Assembly (NCBI GenBank): GCA_965222115.1
Contig: CBDCTJ010000001.1
Location: 320,001-384,000, forward strand
From: Planctomycetota bacterium
GTDB taxonomy: Bacteria; Planctomycetota; PLA2; JAEUHO01
Direction of reading: 5' to 3'
Length of the DNA: 64,000 nt
Position numbers and translations under genes: made by a program. The notes beneath the pieces are model-generated. The model had not been told where the DNA came from, did not search any database, and saw only the letters and a program-made list of their open reading frames with translations. Positions 21,646 through 30,257 of this stretch are shown one piece after another (positions within the stretch are counted from its first letter, which is position 1; every line of letters begins with the position of its first letter).

Positions 21646-22476
21646 ATGAGCGACAAAGAATCTCCAGAACACGAGTACATCCTTGGCACGGACCACGCTG
21701 AACTTGCGCGCCTGGCGAGCCAACACGACACATGGCGCGAACAGGCAACCGCACTCTGGAACGTCGTCGGACTTGAGGAGGGTCACCGCGTCCTGGATCT
21801 TGGATGTGGACCCGGGCATGTGACGCTCGATCTTGCCACTCGCGTTGGTAAGTCGGGAGCCGTGGTAGGGCGCGATCAAAGCGCGCGATTCATTGCGCAT
21901 CTTCAGAACGAAGCACGGATGCAAAGCCTGTCTCACGTATCCACGTCACTTGGCAATGTTGAAGAGATCGATCCAGCGCTTGAGCCATTCGACTTCATCT
22001 ATGCCCGCTGGCTCTTCTGCTGGCTGGAACACCCCGAGCGAGCGCTGAGCGCCTGTCATCACTATCTAAAGCCCGGCGGTAAACTCCTGTTGCAGGAGTA
22101 CATCGACTGGGCCACCATGGCGCTTATCCCTCCCAGTGACGCGTTCACACGCGCGGTCAAGGCCGGCATGGATAGTTGGGCAGCGGGCATTGGTCGCATC
22201 AACATCGCGCGCCACATCCCCGAACTTGCCAGCGCGACGGGCCTCCGCGTAACACATATTCAACCCGTCGCTCGTATAGGCGCGGTGGGTTCACCCGTGT
22301 GGAGGTGGATTGGTGGATTCGTTCACTCGTACGTGCCGCGGCTGATTGGGCAAGGCCTGATTACGAGCGACGAGGTAGACGCCATGCGCAACGCGTGGCG
22401 AGAGCGCGAAGCAACCCGCGAGGGGTACCTCATGGCGCCCACGATGTGCGACCTTGTGTTGGAACACGCCTCGTAG
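21646..22476 (+). CDS. Class I SAM-dependent methyltransferase
   Basis: EYILG...ELARLASQH, VLDLGCGPG, FDFIYARW, LKPGG. Start lies between 21634 and 21646. Confidence 0.9.
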   Translation: MSDKESPEHEYILGTDHAELARLASQHDTWREQATALWNVVGLEEGHRVLDLGCGPGHVTLDLATRVGKSGAVVGRDQSARFIAHLQNEARMQSLSHVSTSLGNVEEIDPALEPFDFIYARWLFCWLEHPERALSACHHYLKPGGKLLLQEYIDWATMALIPPSDAFTRAVKAGMDSWAAGIGRINIARHIPELASATGLRVTHIQPVARIGAVGSPVWRWIGGFVHSYVPRLIGQGLITSDEVDAMRNAWREREATREGYLMAPTMCDLVLEHAS

Positions 22477-22592
22477 GTCGAGCGGGCAACGCCCATTGAT
22501 TCGCCGTTTCAAGACCATGCGGGCGTGGATTCGGCCCCTCCTCCGCCCTGGAATTGCGGTAAGATTTCGCTCATCCCAGCGGAGAACTCACC

Positions 22593-23300
22593 ATGACCGA
22601 TGTCACCATGCGCCCCGGCCAAGTTGCGGTTGGTAGGCTCGACAGCGACGCACGCGCCGTGTTCATTACGAAGACCTATAGCCACCTCTTCTTGGGTGTG
22701 ATGGCCTTCATCGTGTCGGCGGGTCTCATGTTGCGCATGGGTGTCGGTGAATCCCTGATTGAATGGTTCGGTGGCAGCACGATGAAGATGCTGCTCTTCT
22801 TCGGCGGCTTCGTCGTCGCGGGTTGGCTCGGCACGCACTGGGCAGCAACCGCGCGCACGAAGCCTATGCAGTACACGGGTTTCTTTATCTACGTGCTGCT
22901 GCAAGCGCTCTTCTTCTGCCCTCTGCTCTATATCGCCGCCACGCACTACGACGGCGTTATTACGAAGGCGGCCATCGCCACTGTAGGCGGCTTCTGCTGT
23001 TTGACCGGCATCGCCTTCTGGACCCGCAAAGACTTCTCCTTCCTCGGTGGGCTGGTGAAGTGGGGCTTCATCTGCGCCCTGCTGCTCATCGTGGGCAGCC
23101 TCGTGTTCGGTTTCGAACTCGGCCTCTTCTTCTCGATCGTGATGGTTGCCCTCGCCGGCGCGGCCATTCTTTACGACACCTCCAACGTGATTCACCACTA
23201 CCCCGAAGACCGGTACGTGGCTGCCGGGCTCGCGCTCTTCGCCTCCGTTGCGGTAATGTTCTTCTACCTGATCCGCATCTTCATGGAACTTCAGGAATAG
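22593..23300 (+). CDS. Bax inhibitor-1/YccA family membrane protein
   Basis: About 7 TM helices; FITKTYSHL, RKDFSFLG, ILYDTS, YVAAGLALF; GGAG SD. Confidence 0.9.
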   Translation: MTDVTMRPGQVAVGRLDSDARAVFITKTYSHLFLGVMAFIVSAGLMLRMGVGESLIEWFGGSTMKMLLFFGGFVVAGWLGTHWAATARTKPMQYTGFFIYVLLQALFFCPLLYIAATHYDGVITKAAIATVGGFCCLTGIAFWTRKDFSFLGGLVKWGFICALLLIVGSLVFGFELGLFFSIVMVALAGAAILYDTSNVIHHYPEDRYVAAGLALFASVAVMFFYLIRIFMELQE

Positions 23301-23397
23301 CGGCTACACGTACGATCTAGCGTTCGACCCGCCGCCTCTACGGGCAAAATTCGAAAGTTCTCGCAACGCCACGCCCTCGTACGTGAAGTAGAGGGTG

Positions 23398-24435
23398 ATG
23401 GCGAGCGTCGAGACCCTTTTCAAGCGCTACCAGACCCGCGGCGACGCACGGGCGCTTGCCAAAGTCTTTGATCGCACCGCCGACGAAGCGTTGCGGGTGG
23501 CGATGCATTTCGCACGTCATCCCGCCGAAGCCGAGGAGTGGCTTCAGCAGACGTACTTGATCGCGATTGAACGCGCGTCGTCGTGGGACGCGTCGCGCCG
23601 CTTCATGCCGTGGCTGCTAGGGATCTTGCGAAACGTTGTCCGACGCACACATGCGAGTGCCTCCACGTTAGCGCCCGGCACGCGTCCTCCGCTGTCAAGG
23701 CCTGCACAGTCAAGGGCGGCTCGCGACCCGCTCGATGGGTTCGAGTGGACGCGTGCCGTCGCTGAGGCCGTAGAACGAATCGACGATCCGTATCGCGCCG
23801 TTCTCATCCTGCGCCTGCAACATGACCTCGCGCCCGCTGAGATCGCACAACTTCATCGCGTGCCGCCAGCCACGATTCGCTCTCAGCTACACCGCGGGCT
23901 CGCATTGCTTCGACGCAAGCTGGCACCGCAACACCAACAACGTTCGTTACACGCACTACCCATGCCGCTCGGTATCGCTGCGATTCGTGAAAACGTTCTT
24001 ACGCGAGCGGTGGCAACCACTGCGCTATCCACGTCGGCAGTGAGCTCAAGCACGTTGCTTCTTGGAGGATTGGCCTTGAACAAACTCGTTGCCGGACTTC
24101 TGGGAGCCGCACTGCTCGCCTTTGTACTCACCGATCCCTTGTCTCTGTGGCGAACGAATTCAAAGATCAATACCACGACCGTGTCAGACGTCGCCACGAG
24201 CCAATCCGAAGCGGATGTCGAGCAAGCACCCACGTTGTCGCCGATCCAACCAAACACCGCGTCGAGTGGTACGGAGACGGGCAACGAGGCACTGCACGTA
24301 GGCCCCGACGTAGACCTGAACAAGGTAGATCGCGACAGGGATGTGCACGGAACTGTCGTGCTCAAAGATGGAACGCCGGTGCCTGGCGCGGAAGTGGTGT
24401 TCGAGCATCAACCGGGGCGATTGAGTTGGTCATGA
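23398..24435 (+). CDS. ECF sigma-TM fusion, truncated within its first extracytoplasmic repeat
   Basis: FMPWLLGILRN, AEIAQLHRVPPATIRSQLHRGL, TM helix, then VHGTVVLKDGTPVPGAEV and an abrupt stop. Confidence 0.8.
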   Translation: MASVETLFKRYQTRGDARALAKVFDRTADEALRVAMHFARHPAEAEEWLQQTYLIAIERASSWDASRRFMPWLLGILRNVVRRTHASASTLAPGTRPPLSRPAQSRAARDPLDGFEWTRAVAEAVERIDDPYRAVLILRLQHDLAPAEIAQLHRVPPATIRSQLHRGLALLRRKLAPQHQQRSLHALPMPLGIAAIRENVLTRAVATTALSTSAVSSSTLLLGGLALNKLVAGLLGAALLAFVLTDPLSLWRTNSKINTTTVSDVATSQSEADVEQAPTLSPIQPNTASSGTETGNEALHVGPDVDLNKVDRDRDVHGTVVLKDGTPVPGAEVVFEHQPGRLSWS

Positions 24436-24511
24436 AACCAAGGTGACTGCACGTGTACCGCATCTGCTGTTCTCGCAGGCCGGGCCCCAACTCGCCGACT
24501 ATCCTCAAAGA

Positions 24512-24814
24512 ATGAACACACACTCTCTCGACGACTCGCTCTTTCAGGACATCAAACACTCGTTTCGCGGTGCTTCGCGAGCGACAACGATCGTGGTTTG
24601 GCTGGAGACCCTTGCGTTCTTTGCCGTAGCGGTGTGGGCGGCGGTAAAATTTTTCGATGCGGAGACAACGCGCGATCACATTTTGTACGCCACCGTGTTT
24701 CTCAGCGCATGGGTGTCGATGCTGGCGTGCAAGATCTGGTATCACAATCGATTGAATCGGGCCGCTATGCTGCGCGCGATTTCCCGCAGAACTGATTGTC
24801 ACGCAGATCCGTGA
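24512..24814 (+). CDS. Small 2-TM protein (DUF6768-like)
   Basis: SFRG...WAAVKFFDA...KIWYHNRLNRAAMLRAI; TATCCT box 6 nt before the ATG. Confidence 0.6.
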   Translation: MNTHSLDDSLFQDIKHSFRGASRATTIVVWLETLAFFAVAVWAAVKFFDAETTRDHILYATVFLSAWVSMLACKIWYHNRLNRAAMLRAISRRTDCHADP

Positions 24815-25010
24815 CGCGTGACGGCTGAATTCGAAGGAAGACCTAATTTACAATTGTGTAACACGGATGGGGCTCGCTGAGCTCCTGCCGTTCCCAGAGG
24901 CGCCTAGGATTCATGAAGTCTCAGAGACTACAGAGTCACCCCGCCTACTGGGCAGCCTGGGTACTATGGGGGCTTCCCGATTAGCACGTCCTCCGCGAAG
25001 GATCCACAAG

Positions 25011-25397
25011 ATGCGCCTTGAACATATCAATATGACGGTATCGAATCTCAATCGATCGATTGAACTCTACTCACAAGTGCTCGGCCTGCACATCCGATGG
25101 CAGGGCCACACCATGAGCGGACGCCCCGCAGCACACGTAGGAACTCCGAGTTGGTACATCGCCATGTTTGAAGGCGACGAAGCGGACGTCGCCACCAACT
25201 ATGATCGGACGGGCTTCAATCACTTCGGCGTCGTTGTGGAGAACCTCGATGCAGTGGTAGCCAAACTTGGGGAACTTGGCATTGACACGCACATGGAAAC
25301 CGACATTCACCACATGGACATGCACGGCAAGAACGCCTACTTCTACGATCCCGATGGGCACGAGGTCGAACTCATTGAGTATTCATCGGAGGGGTGA
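25011..25397 (+). CDS. VOC/glyoxalase family protein
   Basis: LEHINMTV, FNHFGVVV, YFYDPDGHEVELI. Confidence 0.9.
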   Translation: MRLEHINMTVSNLNRSIELYSQVLGLHIRWQGHTMSGRPAAHVGTPSWYIAMFEGDEADVATNYDRTGFNHFGVVVENLDAVVAKLGELGIDTHMETDIHHMDMHGKNAYFYDPDGHEVELIEYSSEG

Positions 25398-25444
25398 TTC
25401 CTCGAACCGTGTCCGTCTCGGGACACAGGTCGCTATACTCGGGC

Positions 25445-26815
25445 GTGCGATTCGGTTTGATCATGCCCGTGTTCGTTCTGTGCGTGGTGATCGTATGCCC
25501 GAGTACATACGCCAAAGAGGAGGCGGCTCTCGACGAACTCGTATGGCGTTCCGTCGACGCGGACGACGCGAACTACTCGCGTGCCCTTGATGCGGTTCTC
25601 AAGGCCTCAAGCAACAGGTGGGAAGACGTGGTCGGCGTCCTCAAGCGCGGGAGACGCTATAGCGATGTCAGAGGATTCCATCTAGGCGAAGACTTTGATG
25701 CCATTGCGAAGGACTGGCACGCCGCCAAATGGAAACCGGGAACCGTAGGCATTCACACCCTGGGATCGCACCCCGAACATTGGTATGGACTCTATGTGCA
25801 CAAGTCCACGTCCAAACACCGCAAGATCCCCGTCCTCTTCGAGGTTGGACCCAGACGCGTCACACTTCCGGACGGCAGATTTCCAGCCGCAGGAAAGGGA
25901 TTGGAACAAGAGATCTACCGGCCACCGGGTTGGGCTGTCGTGATACCTAACTGGCGTATGTTTCAGATGGCGGAACAGAAGGGCATGCCCATGGCCCTCA
26001 CCGCGGGACGCGGATTTCAGACGTGGATGCTCTCCGTCATAGCCGACCTGGAACGTCGTATCCCTGTAGATCGCGACCGCATCGTGATTACCGGCTTTAG
26101 CCGTGGAGGCAACTGCGCGTGGTACTTCGCAACGCACTACCCAGATCTTTTGGCGGGCGCTGCGCCGGGATCGGGCTATTACCCGACCGCCGCCACGATG
26201 GAACAGAACCTTAGGAACGTCCCCCTACTAATCGGGTCGGCAGACGATCGCATGCACCGCGCGGCGAATATCTGGAGCAAGCGCATTGCAGCACGTTTTC
26301 AACGCCAAAAGTACCGCATCTCGCCTGTGGAACTGAAGGGCAGACTTCACGGAATCAAGTGGCTGACGCCAGTATGGGAATGGGCAGAGGCAAGACGACG
26401 ACAGCCACTGCCCGATCACATTGACTACACACGACAGGATCCTATACACCGACGCGCCTATTGGATTGAGATTCAAGAGACTAAGAATCCGGGCAAGCCG
26501 CGTACGGTCTCAATACAGGGCCCTGGAAAGAACACGATTGAACAGTTCCAGATTCATCAGCGCCCAACTCGTGTGAAGGTCTATCGCACAGGCAAGAACG
26601 CCATCAAGCTCGTGCTAAAGAACGTCGCCAAACTCCGCATTTGGCTCTCGCCCGACCAACATGACTTGAGCAAGCCCGTTCACGTCACGATCCGCAACAA
26701 GACGAAGACCTACACCGTCGCACCGTCCATCGACACGTTGCTTCGGCACTTCCGCGTGCATCGCGATAACCGGCGACTGTTTCCTGCGTACATCGACATT
26801 GATACGAATCAGTGA
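25445..26815 (+). CDS. Exported alpha/beta hydrolase (esterase/peptidase-like)
   Basis: VDRDRIVITGFSRGG nucleophile elbow, YPDLLAG. GTG 25445 gives a clean signal peptide and has TATACT 5 nt upstream; the ORF track starts at 25394. Confidence 0.8.
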   Translation: MRFGLIMPVFVLCVVIVCPSTYAKEEAALDELVWRSVDADDANYSRALDAVLKASSNRWEDVVGVLKRGRRYSDVRGFHLGEDFDAIAKDWHAAKWKPGTVGIHTLGSHPEHWYGLYVHKSTSKHRKIPVLFEVGPRRVTLPDGRFPAAGKGLEQEIYRPPGWAVVIPNWRMFQMAEQKGMPMALTAGRGFQTWMLSVIADLERRIPVDRDRIVITGFSRGGNCAWYFATHYPDLLAGAAPGSGYYPTAATMEQNLRNVPLLIGSADDRMHRAANIWSKRIAARFQRQKYRISPVELKGRLHGIKWLTPVWEWAEARRRQPLPDHIDYTRQDPIHRRAYWIEIQETKNPGKPRTVSIQGPGKNTIEQFQIHQRPTRVKVYRTGKNAIKLVLKNVAKLRIWLSPDQHDLSKPVHVTIRNKTKTYTVAPSIDTLLRHFRVHRDNRRLFPAYIDIDTNQ

Positions 26816-26819
26816 GCTG

Positions 26820-26940
26820 GCGGGATGTTGCCATGGAATGAATCGGAGCGTATCTGGAGGATGTCGAACGGGGACCAGGTTACGGAATGGGACAAAGGCT
26901 AGGAAAGAGCGATGGCGCGAACGGTTTAGGGAATCGTTGA
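26820..26940 (+). ncRNA. Candidate GGA-repeat (CsrB/RsmY-like) small RNA
   Basis: Ten GGA trinucleotides in 110 nt of intergenic DNA, several in loops of short stems. Confidence 0.35.
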
Positions 26941-27006
26941 TGATGTTTGTAGATCGAGTCGCGACTTCCACTCGCGCCTGCCGCCCATTTCCCGTAGAGT
27001 GTACTC

Positions 27007-27528
27007 GTGCATGAGAACCACCAACGCGAGCAGTATTTCTTTGAGTCGAGCACGGTACAGATGCTGGCCGACACACTTGACGCCTTCGAACGCGTTTGTT
27101 GCTTATGTACGCCCACACTGGGTAAGGCATTGATAGAACGGGGAAAGTCGCCGCGCATTCTCGACATTGACGAACGCTTTGCAGACCTCGACGGTTTTCG
27201 CAAGTACGACCTCTATCGTCCTGACGTGTTGAATGAAGACTACGACGTCATTGTCTGCGATCCGCCGTTCTTCAACGTGTCGCTATCGCAGCTCTTCCAT
27301 GCCATACGCACGCTTTGCCGGTTCGACACGAGCCGGCGCGTCATGGTGTCCTATCTTGTGCGTCGCGAAGCGACCATCCTCGGCACATTTCATCCGTTCG
27401 ACCTAAGGCCCACATCAATTGAGCCGCGCTACATCACCGTCCAAGAGAGTGAGCGCAACCGCATCCGCCTTTACGCCAACTTCCCCACCGTACGGTGCAC
27501 TGCACCCGACGGATCGTATGACAGCTAG
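27007..27528 (+). CDS. N6-adenineMlase-family (EEF1AKMT1/ZCCHC4-like) methyltransferase
   Basis: EQYFF..ST, VCCLCTPTL, ILDIDERF, YDLYRP, DVIVCDPPFF; TAGAGT box 6 nt before the GTG. Confidence 0.75.
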   Translation: MHENHQREQYFFESSTVQMLADTLDAFERVCCLCTPTLGKALIERGKSPRILDIDERFADLDGFRKYDLYRPDVLNEDYDVIVCDPPFFNVSLSQLFHAIRTLCRFDTSRRVMVSYLVRREATILGTFHPFDLRPTSIEPRYITVQESERNRIRLYANFPTVRCTAPDGSYDS

Positions 27529-27724
27529 CCCGGACTATTCATGAACTAGCGAAAATCGCGCGGTTCTCGCTGGTCTTCGAACCCAATCTCTTTGCGGAGA
27601 AAGTGACTGGATACGCGCCATGACACGCGCGCGCTCCGCATCGTCAAACAGCGATTGCAAGTGGGTTCTCCTTCAAGTCTAGGGCGCCGATCTTATCCAG
27701 ATCGGCCGCGGAATCACATTGAAG

Positions 27725-27752
27725 GGACAATTTTTCTCTCTACGCCCGTCTA
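27725..27752 (+). promoter_or_regulatory. ECF-type promoter candidate
   Basis: GGACAA-N16-CGTCTA upstream of the lipoprotein gene. Confidence 0.45.
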
Positions 27753-27790
27753 CGTTTTGACACGGCACACTGGATTTCACGGGAGCAACC

Positions 27791-28705
27791 ATGGTCTCGA
27801 ACGCATTTCGCACGGGGTCTTTACTCTTGACGGTGTTGCTCGCCGGCTGCGGTGGCGGATCTGGATCCGGAGGCGACGCTGGAAGTGGTGGTGGTGGTGG
27901 TGGCGGGCCAAGCGCGTTGGAGCTCATATCCGACGAATTTGATGACGCGACCACGCTTAGCGATTGGCAACGCGTCTATGTCGAAGAGTCGTGGGGCTTT
28001 GACCAACTCGAAACCATCGACATCGACACGACCGAACCCGGGGCAATGTACCTACTCCCCCATACAAACGCGTGGTTTCAAGACTGGCGAGGCGTGCTGG
28101 TGTTCAAGGAGATCACGGGCGACTTCATTGCCACGGCCCATATGGAGGTGAGCAACCGCGCGGGAACCGGAGCCCCCGGGGAGCTCTACTCGTTGGCGGG
28201 AATCATGACCCGCGCCCCGCGCAGTGTCACGCCCGCCACGTGGACGGCGGGTGGCGAGGATTACGTCTTTCTTAGCATGGGCACTGCCGACACGCCGGGC
28301 ACGTGGCAAACCGAAGTTAAGACCACCGACAACAGCGTATCCGTACTGGAGATCGACGCCGGGCAAGCCGAAGGCACACTTCGCACGGCGCGCATCGGGC
28401 CGCATGTCATTGTGTTGATTCGCTGGCCCGGGATGGATTGGCAAGTGCATCGGCGTTATCGACGGGACGACTTTCCAAACACACTCCAAGTGGGCATTAC
28501 GACCTACACGGATTGGGACACGTGTTCCGCAGCAGGCGTAGACACCCACAACACGACGCCGCTCGCGGGCAATCCCGATCTCGTTTGCCGGGTTGACTAC
28601 ATGCGCTTTATCGAGCCCAATGTGCCGGCCGCTCTCGTGGGCGCGGATCTCTCCAATCCCGCGGCCGTCACAGACGACGAGTTGCTGGCCTTCATGGGGT
28701 TCTGA
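27791..28705 (+). CDS. Lipoprotein with a Gly-rich linker and a beta-sandwich (ConA-like) domain
   Basis: Lipobox LLAGC, poly-Gly/Ser tether, SDEFDD, ITGDFIATA, LAGIMTR, LQVGIT. Confidence 0.75.
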   Translation: MVSNAFRTGSLLLTVLLAGCGGGSGSGGDAGSGGGGGGGPSALELISDEFDDATTLSDWQRVYVEESWGFDQLETIDIDTTEPGAMYLLPHTNAWFQDWRGVLVFKEITGDFIATAHMEVSNRAGTGAPGELYSLAGIMTRAPRSVTPATWTAGGEDYVFLSMGTADTPGTWQTEVKTTDNSVSVLEIDAGQAEGTLRTARIGPHVIVLIRWPGMDWQVHRRYRRDDFPNTLQVGITTYTDWDTCSAAGVDTHNTTPLAGNPDLVCRVDYMRFIEPNVPAALVGADLSNPAAVTDDELLAFMGF

Positions 28706-28811
28706 GCACCATAACGTTCCGCCAATCCTGAAAAAAAGTGCCCAAAAAGGTGCTGGGAGTAAATTTGCGGGATTCGCGCCCGGGCCCCGGCGATGTGCCA
28801 CAATCGGCACC

Positions 28812-29111
28812 ATGTGCCGCAACATCAAAACACTGCATAACTTCGCACCGCCTGCAACCGACGAGGAGATCCGAGCATCGGCGCTTCAGTACGTTCGAAA
28901 GCTGAGTGGTTCGACAAAACCATCCAAGGCCAACGAAGCCGTGTTTGAACAGGCTGTCCGAGAAGTCTCCGACGCGACAAAGCGATTGCTTCGTGGACTT
29001 GTCACCAAAGCCGCGCCTCGCGATCGTGCGGTGGAGGCTGAAAGGGCTCGCATTCGAGGGCAGAAACGAATGCAGCGCCTCGCACGCAACTCAAGCCCGT
29101 CCTCGGGGTAG
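28812..29111 (+). CDS. DUF2277 family protein
   Basis: MCRNIKTLHNFAPPATDEEIRASALQYVRKLSG is the characteristic N-terminus. Confidence 0.9.
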   Translation: MCRNIKTLHNFAPPATDEEIRASALQYVRKLSGSTKPSKANEAVFEQAVREVSDATKRLLRGLVTKAAPRDRAVEAERARIRGQKRMQRLARNSSPSSG

Positions 29112-29149
29112 CAATCAACATACGCTCGGTCCGTGTTCGGAGGCTGTCC

Positions 29150-30220
29150 ATGACGGCTCGTCAAGTCATTGCGTGCGGAATGGCCGCCTTCATGGTGGTA
29201 GCGCTGTCGTGTGGATCCGCACAGGGCGAAGAAAACACACCTGGAACAACGGCCCCACAGCCATCCGGGTCGTCAACGTCTCCAAAGAGCGCGACCGGCA
29301 AAGCGCTCCGCGTCGTGAAGCACCTCGACATCCCCTACGCCAAACGACCCGGCACGCGCAAGAACCTCTTGAGCCTCGACATATATCGACCGGTACCTAT
29401 CGGTACACAGTCGTCTACGCCTACGAGCCAAGCAAAGTACCCCGTACTGGCAATGATCCACGGCGGCGGTTGGCGTATGGGCGACAAGAGGAACGACAGC
29501 ATGGTGCGCTACAAAGTGCCCTATTTCGTCACGCGTGGCTACGTCTACATCAGTATCAACTACCGCTTGTCGCGCAATCCGCAGGTAAAGCACCCCGATC
29601 ACATTGACGATGTTGCGCTTGCCATAGCGTGGATCCATAACCACGTCGCGAAGTACGGCGGAGACCCAAATCAACTGTTCGTTATGGGCCACTCGGCCGG
29701 TGCTCACTTGGCTGCCCTCATCGCCACCGATCACCGCAAGCTGGAGAAACTTGGCAAGTCAATCAAGATCATCAAGGGTGTCGTTTGCCTGGACGGCGCT
29801 GGCTACGACGTGCCCGCGCAGATGAAATCAGCAAACATCGGACCGCTGCTTCGACTCATGTATCGCGGCGCATTCGGCAACAATGAAAAGGGCTGGATCG
29901 CCGCCTCGCCGCGCTACCACGTCGCCAAGGGGAAGGGCATCGCACCCACGCTCGTCTTCTACACCGCACGCGCACCGGCGGAACGCGCCTCAAAGGACTT
30001 CGTTCGCGCCCTAAACGCGGCCGGCGTGCCTGCTCGTGTCGTCCACGCCGCCGACAAAAACCACGCAGAAATCAACCGCTGCATTGGTCAGCGCGGCGAT
30101 CCCTACACAAAGATCATCATGCGTTTCCTCAACGCGCCACACAAGGTTGCGGTCAATGCAGCCGCCAAGCAGACGAAACCGGTTGCGCCTTCACGCGGAG
30201 CGGCAAACAAAGGCAACTAA
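29150..30220 (+). CDS. Exported alpha/beta hydrolase (HSL-like esterase)
   Basis: IHGGGW, NYRL, MGHSAGAHL; GGAGG SD; signal peptide. Confidence 0.9.
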   Translation: MTARQVIACGMAAFMVVALSCGSAQGEENTPGTTAPQPSGSSTSPKSATGKALRVVKHLDIPYAKRPGTRKNLLSLDIYRPVPIGTQSSTPTSQAKYPVLAMIHGGGWRMGDKRNDSMVRYKVPYFVTRGYVYISINYRLSRNPQVKHPDHIDDVALAIAWIHNHVAKYGGDPNQLFVMGHSAGAHLAALIATDHRKLEKLGKSIKIIKGVVCLDGAGYDVPAQMKSANIGPLLRLMYRGAFGNNEKGWIAASPRYHVAKGKGIAPTLVFYTARAPAERASKDFVRALNAAGVPARVVHAADKNHAEINRCIGQRGDPYTKIIMRFLNAPHKVAVNAAAKQTKPVAPSRGAANKGN

Positions 30221-30257
30221 CGTTCCGCCCCGTATCCGCGCGCGCTACAGTGTAGCC

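Noticed and set aside
24848-24861. Palindrome TTACA-N4-TGTAA as an operator
   Set aside because: Single short instance with no cognate regulator nearby.
27850-27907. (GGT)n simple repeat as a contingency locus
   Set aside because: In-frame poly-Gly linker of a lipoprotein.
28712-30229. Shared 12-mer TAACGTTCCGCC at two gene ends
   Set aside because: Only two copies; a 12-nt match is expected by chance in 64 kb.
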